From: Thermoproteus tenax Kra 1
GTDB lineage: Archaea; Thermoproteota; Thermoprotei; Thermoproteales; Thermoproteaceae
Length of the DNA stretch: 32,000 nt
Assembly (NCBI RefSeq): GCF_000253055.1
Contig: NC_016070.1
Location: forward strand, 1,260,001-1,292,000
Direction: 5' to 3'
This document shows, in pieces, positions 31,940-32,000 of the stretch; position 1 is the first letter of the stretch; every line of letters starts with the position of its first letter. Under the pieces are notes generated by a model. The model saw only the letters and a program-made list of their open reading frames with translations, had not been told where the DNA came from and did no database searches. A program made the position numbers and the translations under genes.

Positions 31940-32000
31940 AAATAGGCCGCCCGCGGGGGCACCTCGGAGAACAGACGCAAGTAGAGCCAGAGGGTCCGTC

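Noticed and set aside
1-32000. CRISPR arrays, tandem DNA repeats, IS elements and rRNA genes.
   Set aside because: Reading through the window, I saw no regularly spaced 24-37 nt direct repeats, no transposase or integrase-like ORFs and no rRNA-like sequence.

Overview
This window looks like a densely packed chromosomal segment from a crenarchaeon, probably Thermoproteales-like. The reasons are a GC content that looks mid-50s % by eye, many GTG/TTG starts, TATA-like boxes about 20-30 nt upstream of start codons (leaderless layout), and a tRNA with more than one intron. I can support about 28 protein genes, one tRNA-Gln(UUG), two candidate C/D box sRNAs and one frameshifted permease pseudogene.

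The gene content is mostly housekeeping:
- Genome maintenance: Lhr-type helicase, type IA topoisomerase, XPD/Rad3 helicase.
- RNA modification: Elp3, a TmcA/Nat10-like ac4C acetyltransferase, a class I methyltransferase.
- Central metabolism: a two-subunit 2-oxoacid:ferredoxin oxidoreductase.
- Small hydrolases: Nudix, macro domain, MBL-fold, HAD.

I found no CRISPR array, transposase, integrase, toxin-antitoxin pair or recognisable defence island, so I cannot honestly point to a clear-cut novel system. The best candidates for a second look are:
1. A four-gene operon (MHS-type organic-acid symporter, AMP-forming acyl-CoA ligase, family III CoA-transferase, CitE-like acyl-CoA lyase) that reads like an uncharacterised dicarboxylate catabolic module.
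2. A roughly 320-nt GC-rich, hairpin-rich, ORF-free spacer between two convergent genes.
3. Two C/D-box-like sRNA candidates flanking a 52-aa zinc-ribbon micro-ORF.
4. A membrane protein with 7-, 9- and 7-residue polyproline runs.
5. A large surface protein combining a beta-propeller with tandem repeats.
6. A methyltransferase-Elp3 gene pair.

All functional calls come from motif recognition by eye in the supplied translations. No database search was run.
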